A DNA stretch of 64,000 nucleotides from Candidatus Eiseniibacteriota bacterium. Its GTDB lineage: Bacteria > Eisenbacteria > RBG-16-71-46 > CAIMUX01 > VGJL01. The stretch is taken from contig JBHGAY010000001.1 of NCBI GenBank assembly GCA_041946735.1, positions 96,001 through 160,000 of the forward strand, in the 5' to 3' direction. Both the position numbers and the translations under genes were made by a program. Every line of letters starts with the position of its first letter. Position 1 is the first letter of the stretch. The notes under the pieces are model-generated. The model was not told where the DNA came from, ran no database searches, and was given only the letters and a program-made list of their open reading frames with translations. Shown here piece by piece: positions 12,132 through 21,483 of the stretch.

Positions 12132-12887
12132 TCAGCTTCGCGGGATCTCGACCCCCTCGGGCGGGATCCGCAGCGACCGCAGCCCGCGATAGCGATCGAT
12201 GTGGTAGGCGAGGAACGCCTCGACGATCCTCTCCATCTCGCGGCACGCCGGATTGGACGGCTGCCGCGGCAGACTCCCGCGCAGGAGGCTCTGCAGGAGA
12301 GCGATCGTCTCCTCGCCGGCCGGCAGCGCCCCCGGCGAGGTCTCGACGCAGTGGAGGCAGAGCAGCCCTCCTTCCGCAGGCGCGAAGAACGGGGCGACCG
12401 GCGCGTCGCAGATCGCGCACCCCTCGAGGCGCGGGGCGTAGCCGAGCCAGGCGGCCGTGCGGAACTGGAAGGAGCGGAGCAGATAGCCGAGCCGCCCGAG
12501 CGGCGAGGTCTCGAGCAGCGCGAGGGCGCGCAGCGAAAGGTCGTAGACCTCCGGGACCGACGCCTCCTCTTCGAGCACGCGATCGAGGAACTCGAGCACC
12601 GCGCAGCCGTGCCGGTAGCGCTCCGCCCCGTCGAGGAGGCCCCGGTGCTCGATCTCGAGCGAGCCGTCGGAGACGAGCTGCAGGTCGCGCCCGGAGCGGA
12701 AGTAGACGACGAGCTCCGCGACGTTGCCGATCTCGAGGCTCGCGCCGATCCGGCTCTTCGGCTCGCGCGCCCCCTTCGCGACCGCGCTCCACTTCCCCAG
12801 CTCCCTCGAAAGGACCGTGACGATCCGGCTCGTGTCCCCCATTCGGAGGTTGCGCAGGACGAGCGCGTGGACCTTGATGAGGCTCAT
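12132..12887 (-). CDS. recO: DNA repair protein RecO
   Basis: GDTSRIVTVLS.ELGK..AVAKGAR; C4 zinc finger GYAPRLEGCAIC...GGLLCLHC. Confidence 0.88.
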   Translation of the reverse strand: MSLIKVHALVLRNLRMGDTSRIVTVLSRELGKWSAVAKGAREPKSRIGASLEIGNVAELVVYFRSGRDLQLVSDGSLEIEHRGLLDGAERYRHGCAVLEFLDRVLEEEASVPEVYDLSLRALALLETSPLGRLGYLLRSFQFRTAAWLGYAPRLEGCAICDAPVAPFFAPAEGGLLCLHCVETSPGALPAGEETIALLQSLLRGSLPRQPSNPACREMERIVEAFLAYHIDRYRGLRSLRIPPEGVEIPRS

Positions 12888-13120
12888 CGGAGGGTGGCGG
12901 CGGGAGCGGCCCGCCCGGCGAGGGCGGCGGCCCGGCGGGCGGGCGCGCTCGAAGTCCCCTGGCGGCGGGCCGACGGGGCCCGGGCGACGGAGCCGCCGGG
13001 GGCGTGGTAGACTGCTCCATCCGCGCCTGCCCCGTGATCCGTGAAAGCCAGGAGAGCCGCGCCGGGGGAGGGATCCATGCACGCAGGATACACCGGTCGC
13101 GACGGCAGAGGAGGACGGCG

Positions 13121-14203
13121 ATGATCGTCTGGTTGCGCAAGGGGCACTCGCAGGACGAGCTGGACGAGGTGATCCGCAGGATCGAGGCGAGCGGATGCCG
13201 CCCCGACGTGAGCCTCGGCGACGAGGTCACGGTGGTCGGCCTCCTCGGAGACACCAAGCGCGTCGACGAGAATGTCTTCCTCGAGCTGCCGTTCGTCGAG
13301 CGCGCGCTCCGCATCTCCCGCCCCTACAAGCTCGTCAGCCGCGAATACCAGAGCCGCTCGCGCGCCGTGCGGGTCGGTGACGTGACCTTCGGCGGCGGCG
13401 AAGTCGCGATCATCGCCGGCCCCTGTTCGGTCGAGGGGATGGAGCAGCTCCTCCCGCTCGCCGAAGCGTGCAAGCAGGCGGGCGCGCAGCTCCTCCGCGG
13501 CGGGGCGTACAAGCCGCGTACCTCGCCGTACTCGTTCCAGGGGCTCGGCCGCGAAGGGATGCGCTGCCTGATGGAAGCGCGGCGCCGGACCGGGCTGCCG
13601 GTCGTCACCGAGGCGACGGGCAACCATCACCATCTTGGGCCCGACGGCGCTCGCGAGGCGCGCACCGTCCTCGACGAGGTGCTCGACGGCTGCGACATGC
13701 TGCAGATCGGCGCGCGGAACATGAAGGCGTACGGGTTCCTCGAGGACGTCGCGCAGCGGACCGGCGAGCGGAAGATCCCGGTGCTGCTGAAGCGCGGGGA
13801 GTCCGCCACGCTCGAAGAGTTCCTGCTCGCCGCGGAGTACCTGGCCCTGCACGGCAACCCGGACGTCGTGCTCTGCCTGCGCGGCGTGCGAAGCGGCGAG
13901 TCGACGCGCTTCCTCCGCTACTCCCCCGACATCGCCGCGATCCCGGTGCTGAAGCACGAGACGAACCTGCCGATCGTCTTCGATCCCTCGCACGCGACCG
14001 GCGATCGCCGCTACGTCCCGGCAGTCGCGCTAGCGGCCGTCGCCGCGGGCGCCGACGGCCTCATGATCGAGACCCACGTGGATCCCGAGCGGGCGTGGAG
14101 CGACGGCAAGGAGTGCGTGACACCCGAGACGCTCGCGCGGATCGTCGAGGAGGTCCGGCAGGTCGAGTCGGTGCGGGTGAGGCAGCCGGCCGTCTCGGGC
14201 TAG
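13121..14203 (+). CDS. aroF: DAHP synthase, type I-beta with N-terminal regulatory domain
   Basis: IAGPCSVE, RGGAYKPRTSPYSFQG, QIGARNM, LLKRG, DPSHATG; GAGGAGG RBS. Confidence 0.92.
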   Translation: MIVWLRKGHSQDELDEVIRRIEASGCRPDVSLGDEVTVVGLLGDTKRVDENVFLELPFVERALRISRPYKLVSREYQSRSRAVRVGDVTFGGGEVAIIAGPCSVEGMEQLLPLAEACKQAGAQLLRGGAYKPRTSPYSFQGLGREGMRCLMEARRRTGLPVVTEATGNHHHLGPDGAREARTVLDEVLDGCDMLQIGARNMKAYGFLEDVAQRTGERKIPVLLKRGESATLEEFLLAAEYLALHGNPDVVLCLRGVRSGESTRFLRYSPDIAAIPVLKHETNLPIVFDPSHATGDRRYVPAVALAAVAAGADGLMIETHVDPERAWSDGKECVTPETLARIVEEVRQVESVRVRQPAVSG

Positions 14204-14446
14204 GCCGGGAGGCCGGCAGTAGCGTTCCCGAACCCCGCCGGCTCCTCGGTCCCCCCGTTCTCCTCGCGGGCGCGCGCCCGGCGCCGCTACCTCCCCCGCC
14301 GCGCCTCGACCGGTCCCTCCGATCACGCACCTCGTCGATCGGCGCGCTGCGCGCCCTCGGGGTCGTCCGCCTTCGATGCTTCGATGGTTGCCGCGCTCGG
14401 CTTTCACATCGAGATGTACAATCATGGTACTTCTTACATTTTGTGC

Positions 14447-14475
14447 TTGACAAATACTGGATTTTGTGCTATAAT
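14447..14475 (+). promoter_or_regulatory. perfect-consensus sigma70 promoter of the HNH gene
   Basis: TTGACA (14447-14452), 17-nt spacer, TATAAT (14470-14475) with extended -10 TG, inside an AT-rich patch. Confidence 0.85.
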
Positions 14476-14497
14476 ACCTTTCTCGGGTCGTGAAGGC

Positions 14498-14523
14498 CGT
14501 CGACCGCCCGCGGGCGGTCGACG
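14498..14523. repeat. perfect 26-bp palindrome in the HNH gene 5' UTR
   Basis: CGTCGACCGCCCGCGGGCGGTCGACG equals its own reverse complement. Confidence 0.9.
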
Positions 14524-14547
14524 AAGGAATCGGAAGCGGGAGGAGCC

Positions 14548-16614
14548 TTGGCGTTCTGGTACCGGTCGCGCGAGGAGTCGGAGGCGGGAGAGCCGGAGGT
14601 CGTGACCGAGGCGGTCGCGGAAGAGCCCCGGTGCCGCTACGACGGGAGCCGCTTCGCTCGCAGCTTCGTCGTGCGCGAGGCGGAGCCGCCCTGCGGCGAG
14701 GCGGGCCGCGCGCGCGAGATCGGCGCTCCGGATCCGGCCGAGGAGCTCTCGGAGCGGCTACTCGCCGCGGCGGCGGCGATGCGGCCGGTCGCCGCGGCGC
14801 TCGAGCGGCTGCAGGCGGCGACGTTCGCGGCGATGCGCGATCGTGGCGCCGTCCGGGCGACGGGACATCTCGACCTGGCGACGATGGTCGAGCGCCACGC
14901 CCCGATGAGCGAGCGGAGCCTCCAGGAGCTGGTGCGGCTGCACCGCGTGCTGGAGAAGTGGCCTGAGCTGGCGCGGGCGTTTGCGGCCGGAGAGATCACC
15001 AAGCACCAGGCGCTGGCGATCGCGCCGATGCTCGAGGCCGAAGGCGCGGACGTTTGCGCCTGGATCGAGCGGGCGAAGGCCTGCGGAGTCCGGGAGCTGA
15101 AGCGGCAGGTGCGGGCCACCCGGCCGGACGTCCCCGATGCCGACCCGGAGGGGCGAACGGTGACGATGTCGGCGCCGCCCGGGGTGTGGCTGCAGTACCG
15201 CGCGTTCGTGGAGACCGGACGGAAGGTGCTCGGCTTCCGGGCTCCGGCATGGCAGATCATCGAGGCGGCTTTGATGGAGTCGGGCTTCGCGGGGAGCGGG
15301 TCGGCGCAAGACGAGCGGCAGGGCTCCCCGCGCGGACGTTTGCGCCACGAACCGGCCGAGGTCGAAGTATCCGGCGTCTGGCTGGAGCGCGCCGAGGCGA
15401 CGATCCGCGAGGTGCGCGAGCACCTCGACGCCGTCCGCGGCCTGATCACACCCGGGATTCCTTGCGATCTCGAAGCGGTGCTGGATCGTGTCGAGCAGAT
15501 CGAACGCCTCCGCCGTCCCCTGCACATTCTCGAGGGAAGGATCCTGAATGCCTTGTGCGGCTGCGGCGCCCTCGAACGCTTCGGCTATCGCGCGATCGGG
15601 GAGCTTGCGCAGGATCGGATGGGGATCTGCGAGAGAACCGCCCACTACCGGATGAACCTCGCGGACATTTGCGGCGATGCTCCGCTCCTCGAGCGCGCGA
15701 TCCTGGACGGCGAGATCGGCGAGACGGCCGCGCGGCTCCTCCGGAGCGTCCGGTCCTCGGCCGTGGACCTGCCGGCCTGGATCGAGCGCGCGAGCCGCAT
15801 CCCGGTCTCCCAGCTCGAGGACGAAATCGAGATCCGGCGGAAGATGCGGCTGGTCGATCCGCTGCTCGTCGGCATCTTCCACGGCCCGTTCCCGCATCCG
15901 GGACTCGAAAAGGCTCTGCATCGCCTGCTTGCCAGGCGAGGACGGCCGGCGCCCGCGGTGGAGGCGTTTCTCCGGAAGAAGGGGATCCCGCTGACCCGCG
16001 AGGGGAACTGGCGCGACCCGGCAGAGCAGCCTTCGATCCTCCGGCGCCTCGAGGCGATGCTCGAGATCCTGCTCGAGAAGGAGTTCGACCTCCTTCCCGA
16101 TCTCGATCCGGCGCAAACGTCCGCGCGCCGGCGGCGCGTCCACGTTCGATTCCGGGCGCCGAACGCCGTCGCCAACGACCTCGAAGCCGCCCTCGCGACG
16201 CTCGACGAGCGCTGGAAGGAGGCGAATCGCCCTCCCGCGCCTCGCTGGCTCTTCTTCTCGCTCTTGATGAAGCATGCGACCGAGGAGTGGCTGCGGGTCG
16301 ATCCGTCCCGCGTGCCCGAGCGCAACGAGATCTACGAGCGCGACGGCTACCAGTGCCAGGCGCCGCACTGCCGGCGCCGCTCGCGGCTCCACAGCCATCA
16401 CATCTGGCCGCTGGGCCTCGGCGGTCCCGACACGCCGTGGAACCAGGTGACCGTCTGCGACGCGCACCACGTGCTGATCCATGCGGGCGTGGTGCACGTT
16501 CGGGGCACGGCGCCGGACGGACTCACCTGGCACATGGGGTGCCGCCCGGGCAGGCCGTCGCTCGAGAGCTTCCGCGGACGCAGGCGGATCGCGCGGCGCG
16601 GGCGGCGGCAGTAG
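14548..16614 (+). CDS. large HNH endonuclease-signature protein (DUF222/13E12-like N-terminus)
   Basis: C-terminal ERDGYQCQAPHC...HSHHI...GGPDTPWNQVTVCDAHHVLIH; two internal 'GEI...WIERA' modules; TTG start after GGAGG. Confidence 0.8.
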   Translation: MAFWYRSREESEAGEPEVVTEAVAEEPRCRYDGSRFARSFVVREAEPPCGEAGRAREIGAPDPAEELSERLLAAAAAMRPVAAALERLQAATFAAMRDRGAVRATGHLDLATMVERHAPMSERSLQELVRLHRVLEKWPELARAFAAGEITKHQALAIAPMLEAEGADVCAWIERAKACGVRELKRQVRATRPDVPDADPEGRTVTMSAPPGVWLQYRAFVETGRKVLGFRAPAWQIIEAALMESGFAGSGSAQDERQGSPRGRLRHEPAEVEVSGVWLERAEATIREVREHLDAVRGLITPGIPCDLEAVLDRVEQIERLRRPLHILEGRILNALCGCGALERFGYRAIGELAQDRMGICERTAHYRMNLADICGDAPLLERAILDGEIGETAARLLRSVRSSAVDLPAWIERASRIPVSQLEDEIEIRRKMRLVDPLLVGIFHGPFPHPGLEKALHRLLARRGRPAPAVEAFLRKKGIPLTREGNWRDPAEQPSILRRLEAMLEILLEKEFDLLPDLDPAQTSARRRRVHVRFRAPNAVANDLEAALATLDERWKEANRPPAPRWLFFSLLMKHATEEWLRVDPSRVPERNEIYERDGYQCQAPHCRRRSRLHSHHIWPLGLGGPDTPWNQVTVCDAHHVLIHAGVVHVRGTAPDGLTWHMGCRPGRPSLESFRGRRRIARRGRRQ

Positions 16615-16686
16615 GCCGGCGCCGAGCGCCCGGAAACGATCGAGGCCGCGGTAGAGCGCGCCGGGTCCCTGCTCTCGCGCGCACAC

Positions 16687-16708
16687 CCGCTCGCGCTCTC
16701 GCGAGCGG
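16687..16708. terminator. GC-rich hairpin between convergent genes
   Basis: CCGCTCGCG-CTCT-CGCGAGCGG; no U-tract. Confidence 0.4.
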
Positions 16709-16711
16709 CCC

Positions 16712-17836
16712 TCAACCTCCCGCCGGCGCCCCTCCCTTCGCCGCCGCCTTCCTGAAGGTGACCCCCAGCGTGCGGATCCTCCGCTCGTCCGCCTCCAGCA
16801 CTTCGAGATGCACGTCCTCGACGTCGAGCTTCTCCCCCGCCTCCGGGATGTGCGTCAGGTGGCTCAGGAACAGCCCGGCCAGCGTCTCGTAGTCGCCTTC
16901 GGGCAGCGCGACGCCGAAGCGCTCCTCGAACTCGTCCAGGCGCAGGGTGGCGTCGACGATCCAGGCGCCGCGCGGGCCCCGCCGCACGCGCAGAGCGGAC
17001 GGCTCGTGCTCCCCCGTCAACCGTCCCACGACGACCTCGAGAAGGTCCTCGACCGTGACCAGCCCGGCCGTCCCGCCGAACTCGTCGATGACGATCGCGG
17101 CATCGAAACCGTCGCGTCGCATCCGCTCGAGAAGGTCGTCGCAGCCCATCGTCTCGGGGACGACGACCGCAGGCTGCGCGAGATCTCCGGCGGTCCGCGC
17201 GCCGATCGGGCGGAGCAGGTCGGAGAGGTCGACGATCCCCACGAGCTGCTCCACGTCCCCCCGGAAGACCGGATAGCGGGAATGCGGGCGCGCCCGCACC
17301 GTCTCGAGCATCTCCGCCTCGCCGGCCGCAGCCGGGAACCAGGCGACGCGGCTGCGCGGGATCATGACCGACTCCACGGTCGTCTGCGTCAGCTCGAGCA
17401 CCTGCTCGAACGCCTCCGCCTGCTCGGGACTGGGGGTCGGCTCGACGCGCCGGAAGAGCGGCGACAGCGCCCAATCCAGCAGCAGCGCCGCCCCGTCGAG
17501 CGGGGCGAGAAGCGGGGCGACCATGCGGCCCCACGCCGGCTTGCGGCGTCCCGCCATCGCCGCGCCGACCCGCACGACGGCGAGAGCGAGCAGGTAGGCG
17601 GCCGTCGCGGCGGGCGGCAGATCGCGCCCGGCGGCGAGCGGAACGGCGCAGGCGAGAAAGAGCGCGAGATGGATCACGATCCCGCGATGAATCGAGCGAA
17701 GCGCCGCCTCCCCTTTGACCGGCGAGATCGGCCGCGGCAGCCGCACCGGCGCGCGCACCGCCACCGACGCGGCCAGGACGAGCAGGATCCCGGCGAGCGG
17801 GAGCAGCACGCCGCCGCCCAGGCTCACGAGGGTCAC
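16712..17836 (-). CDS. hemolysin/CNNM-family membrane protein (CBS pair + CorC_HlyC)
   Basis: VMIPR, HSRYPV, IDEFGGTAGLVTVEDLLE, YETLAG; N-terminal TM helices. Confidence 0.85.
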   Translation of the reverse strand: MTLVSLGGGVLLPLAGILLVLAASVAVRAPVRLPRPISPVKGEAALRSIHRGIVIHLALFLACAVPLAAGRDLPPAATAAYLLALAVVRVGAAMAGRRKPAWGRMVAPLLAPLDGAALLLDWALSPLFRRVEPTPSPEQAEAFEQVLELTQTTVESVMIPRSRVAWFPAAAGEAEMLETVRARPHSRYPVFRGDVEQLVGIVDLSDLLRPIGARTAGDLAQPAVVVPETMGCDDLLERMRRDGFDAAIVIDEFGGTAGLVTVEDLLEVVVGRLTGEHEPSALRVRRGPRGAWIVDATLRLDEFEERFGVALPEGDYETLAGLFLSHLTHIPEAGEKLDVEDVHLEVLEADERRIRTLGVTFRKAAAKGGAPAGG

Positions 17837-18750
17837 CGCGGCTCTCCTCCGTCCCGGCCCGCTCGGCCCGGCTCGCTGCGGCGCGCGCGCGACGGCTCCT
17901 CGGCGGGCGGCGCAGGCGCCAGCCGCTGGCCGGCCGGCGCGGCGGCGCCCCCGCCTTCCCCGACCAGATGGCGGAAGACGTCGGAGCGGCTGACGAGGCC
18001 GGTCGTCCGGCCGTACTCGTCGACGACGATCGCCAGGTGCGTGCGCTGCGAGCGGAAGATCTCGAGCAGCGCGGCGACGGAGCGGTCGCCCGAGACGAAC
18101 AGGGCGCGCCGCATCACGCTCTTCAGCGGGCGGTCGAGCGCCTGCTCCCCCTGGATGCGCAGCGGCGCGATGTCCTTCGCGTGCACCACTCCGAGGATCC
18201 GGTCGAGCGAGCCGTCCGCCATCGGGATCCGGCGGAATCCCGAGGCGACCATCTTCTCGATCGCTCCGCGGATTCCGCGCGCCCGGTCGGCGGTCACCAT
18301 CCTCTCGCGCGCGACGGCAATCGAGGAGACCTTCAGGGAGCTCAGGCCGAGCAGCCGGTCGAGGATCGCCTGCTCTTTGGGCTCGAGCGCGCCGGCGCTC
18401 TCCTCCTCCTCCTCGGCCGTCCGTGCGGCCTGCTCTTCCGGAGAGCTTCGCCCCTCCTCGGAGGGCGGCGCCGTGTGGATCCCGTTCGCCGCCCGCAGGG
18501 CCAGCCGCCGGCGAATCGAGAGGATCCAGAAGAGGCCGGACCAGATGCCGCCGCTCGCGAGCAGCGCCAGCGCGGCGCGCCCGCCCGACTCGTCCAGGAG
18601 CCGCCGGGCGGCGTAGCTGAAGGCGAGGAGGCAGGCGAGGTGCAGCCAGACGCGCAGCGCGCGCCGCGGCCGGGCGGTATGCGCGGTGACGAGCAGCACC
18701 GGGGAGAGGACGGCCGCCGCGATCGCCGGCCCCCAGACGGCCGCGCTCAC
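17833..18750 (-). CDS. CBS-domain membrane protein (hemolysin-like, no CorC domain)
   Basis: SGFRRIP, GVVHAKD, HLAIVVDEYGRTTGLV; GTG start overlapping ybeY stop. Confidence 0.75.
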   Translation of the reverse strand: MSAAVWGPAIAAAVLSPVLLVTAHTARPRRALRVWLHLACLLAFSYAARRLLDESGGRAALALLASGGIWSGLFWILSIRRRLALRAANGIHTAPPSEEGRSSPEEQAARTAEEEEESAGALEPKEQAILDRLLGLSSLKVSSIAVARERMVTADRARGIRGAIEKMVASGFRRIPMADGSLDRILGVVHAKDIAPLRIQGEQALDRPLKSVMRRALFVSGDRSVAALLEIFRSQRTHLAIVVDEYGRTTGLVSRSDVFRHLVGEGGGAAAPAGQRLAPAPPAEEPSRARRSEPGRAGRDGGEPR

Positions 18751-19313
18751 GCCCGGCTCCTCCCGCCGTGCCGCTGCCGCGCCGGGCGCGCGGCTCCTGC
18801 GGGGCGCGATCGCGGCCCCGCCGCGGCCGCCTCTTCCATCACGCAGAGCCCCTGCCGCCGGTACCACGCCATCGCCCGCCGCTCACGCGGCCGCATCCGC
18901 GCCGCCTGTCGCGCCGTCGCGTGGTCGTAGCCGAGCAGGTGGAGAGTCCCGTGGATCAGCATCCGCGCGATCTCGCGATCGAGCGGGATCCGGCGCGCGG
19001 CCGCGGCCCGCTCGCAGACCGGCACGCAGATGATCACGTCGCCCGCGGGGGTCGCCGCCTCCGGCGGCTCGCCCGGAAGCGGTTCGCCAAAGGGGAACGA
19101 AAGCACGTCGGTCGGCCGGTCCTCCCCCATCCAGTCGCGGTTCAGCCTACGGATCGTCCGCTCGCCGACGAACGCGACCTCCACGGGCCGGCGGTCCCCT
19201 TCCTCGTCGAGGACGTGGTCGAGGAGCGCGCGGACGTCGCGAGGCCTAGGACGCGTTCTTCGCTGGCGGTTCGCGATCCCGTGCGGGCGTCGTGGGGGGT
19301 CGCTTGACATCAT
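18747..19313 (-). CDS. ybeY: rRNA maturation endoribonuclease YbeY
   Basis: PTDVLSF, IHGTLHLLGYDH. Confidence 0.92.
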   Translation of the reverse strand: MMSSDPPRRPHGIANRQRRTRPRPRDVRALLDHVLDEEGDRRPVEVAFVGERTIRRLNRDWMGEDRPTDVLSFPFGEPLPGEPPEAATPAGDVIICVPVCERAAAARRIPLDREIARMLIHGTLHLLGYDHATARQAARMRPRERRAMAWYRRQGLCVMEEAAAAGPRSRPAGAARPARQRHGGRSRA

Positions 19314-21483
19314 CCTCCGGGGGAAGATAGGCGGTCCTCGCGTGGAAGAACGCCGCGAGCATCGGCACGAACGCGTCGCGGATCTTCGCGAGGTCGCTCA
19401 GGGTCAGGTCGCAGTCGTCGAGATCCCCCTCGGCGAGGCGGGTCTCGAGCACCTTCAGCACGACCCCCTTGATCCGGCTTGCGGTCGGATCGTCGAGGGC
19501 GCGCGAAGCGGCGTCGACCTGATCGGCCAGCATCACGAGCGCCGCCTCGCGGAACTGCGGGCGCGGACCCGGATAGCGATAGTCCTCCTCCCTCGCGTTC
19601 GGGTCCTGGCGGCGCGCCTTGTGCCAGAAGAACGCCATCACCGAGCCTCCATGGTGCTGGCGGATCCCGTCCTGGACGATGTGCGGCAGGCGCTCGCGCA
19701 CCGCGAGGCCCACCCCTTCCCGCACGTGCGACTCGAGGATCAGGCGGCTCATCGATGGCGAGAGCCGGTCGTGCGGGTTCTTCCGGCCGCGAATGTTCTC
19801 GATGAAGTAGTCGGGCTTCGCGACCTTCCCGATGTCGTGGTAGTAGCCGATCACCCGCGCGAGCAGCGGGTTGCCGCCGACGACGCGCGCCGCCGTCTCG
19901 GCGAGGGTCCCGACCATCAGGGAATGATGGTAGGTGCCGGGGGCCTCGACCATGAGCCGGCGCAAGAGCGGCCGGTTCAGGTCGGACAGCTCGAGCAGCG
20001 TGATGTCGGAGCACTTGCGGAAGCCGTGCTCGGCGAGCGGCACGAAGAAGATCGCGAGCCCGGCGGTCAGGACCGGATTGGCGACGGCGGCCAGCGCGTC
20101 GCGCAAGAGCTCCGGCAGCATCGTCCCCTGCGCGAGGGCGAGACCGGCCAGCATCAGCAGGTGCGCCGCCGGGACGTACAGGACGAGCCGGTAGAACTGC
20201 CGGCGGTGGCGCAGCCCGCGCACGCAGAAGACCGAGACGACCGCGCCGGCGCCGAGGACGGCGATCACCGGCAGCGGTAGCTCGCCGACCAGGCCGGCGA
20301 GCCCGGTCAGGCCGAGCGCGGCGACGAGCGCGAGGCGCTCGTCGAAGAGCATCGCGATCAGGATCGGCGCGGCGGCGACCGGGGCCATGAGCGGCGGAAG
20401 ATCGAAGACGTGCAGGAACAGCCCCGAGAGCGCGAGGCTCGATCCGGCGGCGAGCGACAGCAGCATCAGGTCGTTGGGCTTGCGGTAAGTGTCGGGGCGC
20501 AGGAAGCGCAGGTAGGCGCCGAAGATGGCGATCGCGAGCAGCAGGACGAGCATCCGCCCGGCCCAGCGCACGGCGCGCGTTGCGACCGTCTCCGACGAGC
20601 GCCGGGCGCGCCACTGCTCGTAGCTCTCGAGCTTCGCCAGGAGGTCGGGGGTCACGCGCTCGCGCGCCTCAACGATCCTCTCGCCGCGCTGCACGCGCAG
20701 CGCGACCGGATCGATCCCCTCGAGCGCCGCGAGGCGCACCTCTTCGGTCCGCTCCGGATCGTAGAGGAGGTTCGGGCGGGCGAAGCGCGTCACCAGCTCG
20801 GCGAAGTGCGCCGGGTGCAGGCCGCGGGCGAGCGCGCGGTTCTTCGCCATCTCCGCGAGCTTCGCCGGCGTCATCACGTCCTCGAGAGGGACTTCCCGCT
20901 CCCCGCCCCCGTCGTGCACGAGCATGCGCGCCGAGCCGCCGCGCAGCGTCTCGATCCGCGGGTCCGCGATTCCGCGCTCGTAGGCTTCCTGCAGGATCGA
21001 CTCGGTCTGCTCGATCGTCGGCATCGGGTCGGGATCGAGCATCAACCAGACGAGCAGGTCCTGGGACAGATCGACCTCCGGCACCTCGCCGCTCTTGCGC
21101 GAGCCGCCGCGCAACCGCTGGACGACGGAGCGGAACTCCCCGAGATCGCGGAACACGCCGGTCGCGACCGAGGGGTCCTGCGCGAGCGCGATCGGTGAGG
21201 ACTCCGCCTGCTCGCGCCGCTCCTGCTCGATCTGCCCCGGATCCTTCAGCACCGGGAACTCGAACTCCGCGATCACCGTGCGCGGCGCCCGCGCGCCGAC
21301 CTTCAGCTTCGAGAAGCTCTCGAACGCGGGCGGGAAGAGCAGGATCGCGCCGAGCAGCACCGGCAGGACGATCAACGCCCGGTGCAGCAGCGGGCGCGCG
21401 CGCAGCAGGCGCGATGCGGCCGGCGCCAGGGCGCGCAGGCCCGTCGGCCCGCGGGGGTGCGTGTCGGCCGGCGTCTCGCGCAT
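19246..21483 (-). CDS. 7TM-HD (HDIG) phosphohydrolase, PgpH-like
   Basis: Extracellular domain, TM bundle, LLELSDLN.PLL..L..EAPGTYHHS, YYHDIGK, QHHG, YPGP.PQ.RE. Confidence 0.88.
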   Translation of the reverse strand: MRETPADTHPRGPTGLRALAPAASRLLRARPLLHRALIVLPVLLGAILLFPPAFESFSKLKVGARAPRTVIAEFEFPVLKDPGQIEQERREQAESSPIALAQDPSVATGVFRDLGEFRSVVQRLRGGSRKSGEVPEVDLSQDLLVWLMLDPDPMPTIEQTESILQEAYERGIADPRIETLRGGSARMLVHDGGGEREVPLEDVMTPAKLAEMAKNRALARGLHPAHFAELVTRFARPNLLYDPERTEEVRLAALEGIDPVALRVQRGERIVEARERVTPDLLAKLESYEQWRARRSSETVATRAVRWAGRMLVLLLAIAIFGAYLRFLRPDTYRKPNDLMLLSLAAGSSLALSGLFLHVFDLPPLMAPVAAAPILIAMLFDERLALVAALGLTGLAGLVGELPLPVIAVLGAGAVVSVFCVRGLRHRRQFYRLVLYVPAAHLLMLAGLALAQGTMLPELLRDALAAVANPVLTAGLAIFFVPLAEHGFRKCSDITLLELSDLNRPLLRRLMVEAPGTYHHSLMVGTLAETAARVVGGNPLLARVIGYYHDIGKVAKPDYFIENIRGRKNPHDRLSPSMSRLILESHVREGVGLAVRERLPHIVQDGIRQHHGGSVMAFFWHKARRQDPNAREEDYRYPGPRPQFREAALVMLADQVDAASRALDDPTASRIKGVVLKVLETRLAEGDLDDCDLTLSDLAKIRDAFVPMLAAFFHARTAYLPPEDDVKRPPTTPARDREPPAKNAS

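Noticed and set aside
14548..16614. HNH protein as IscB, Cas9 or a group II intron protein
   Set aside because: No RuvC, PLMP or reverse-transcriptase motifs recognised, no array, and the flanks are short for a large RNA.
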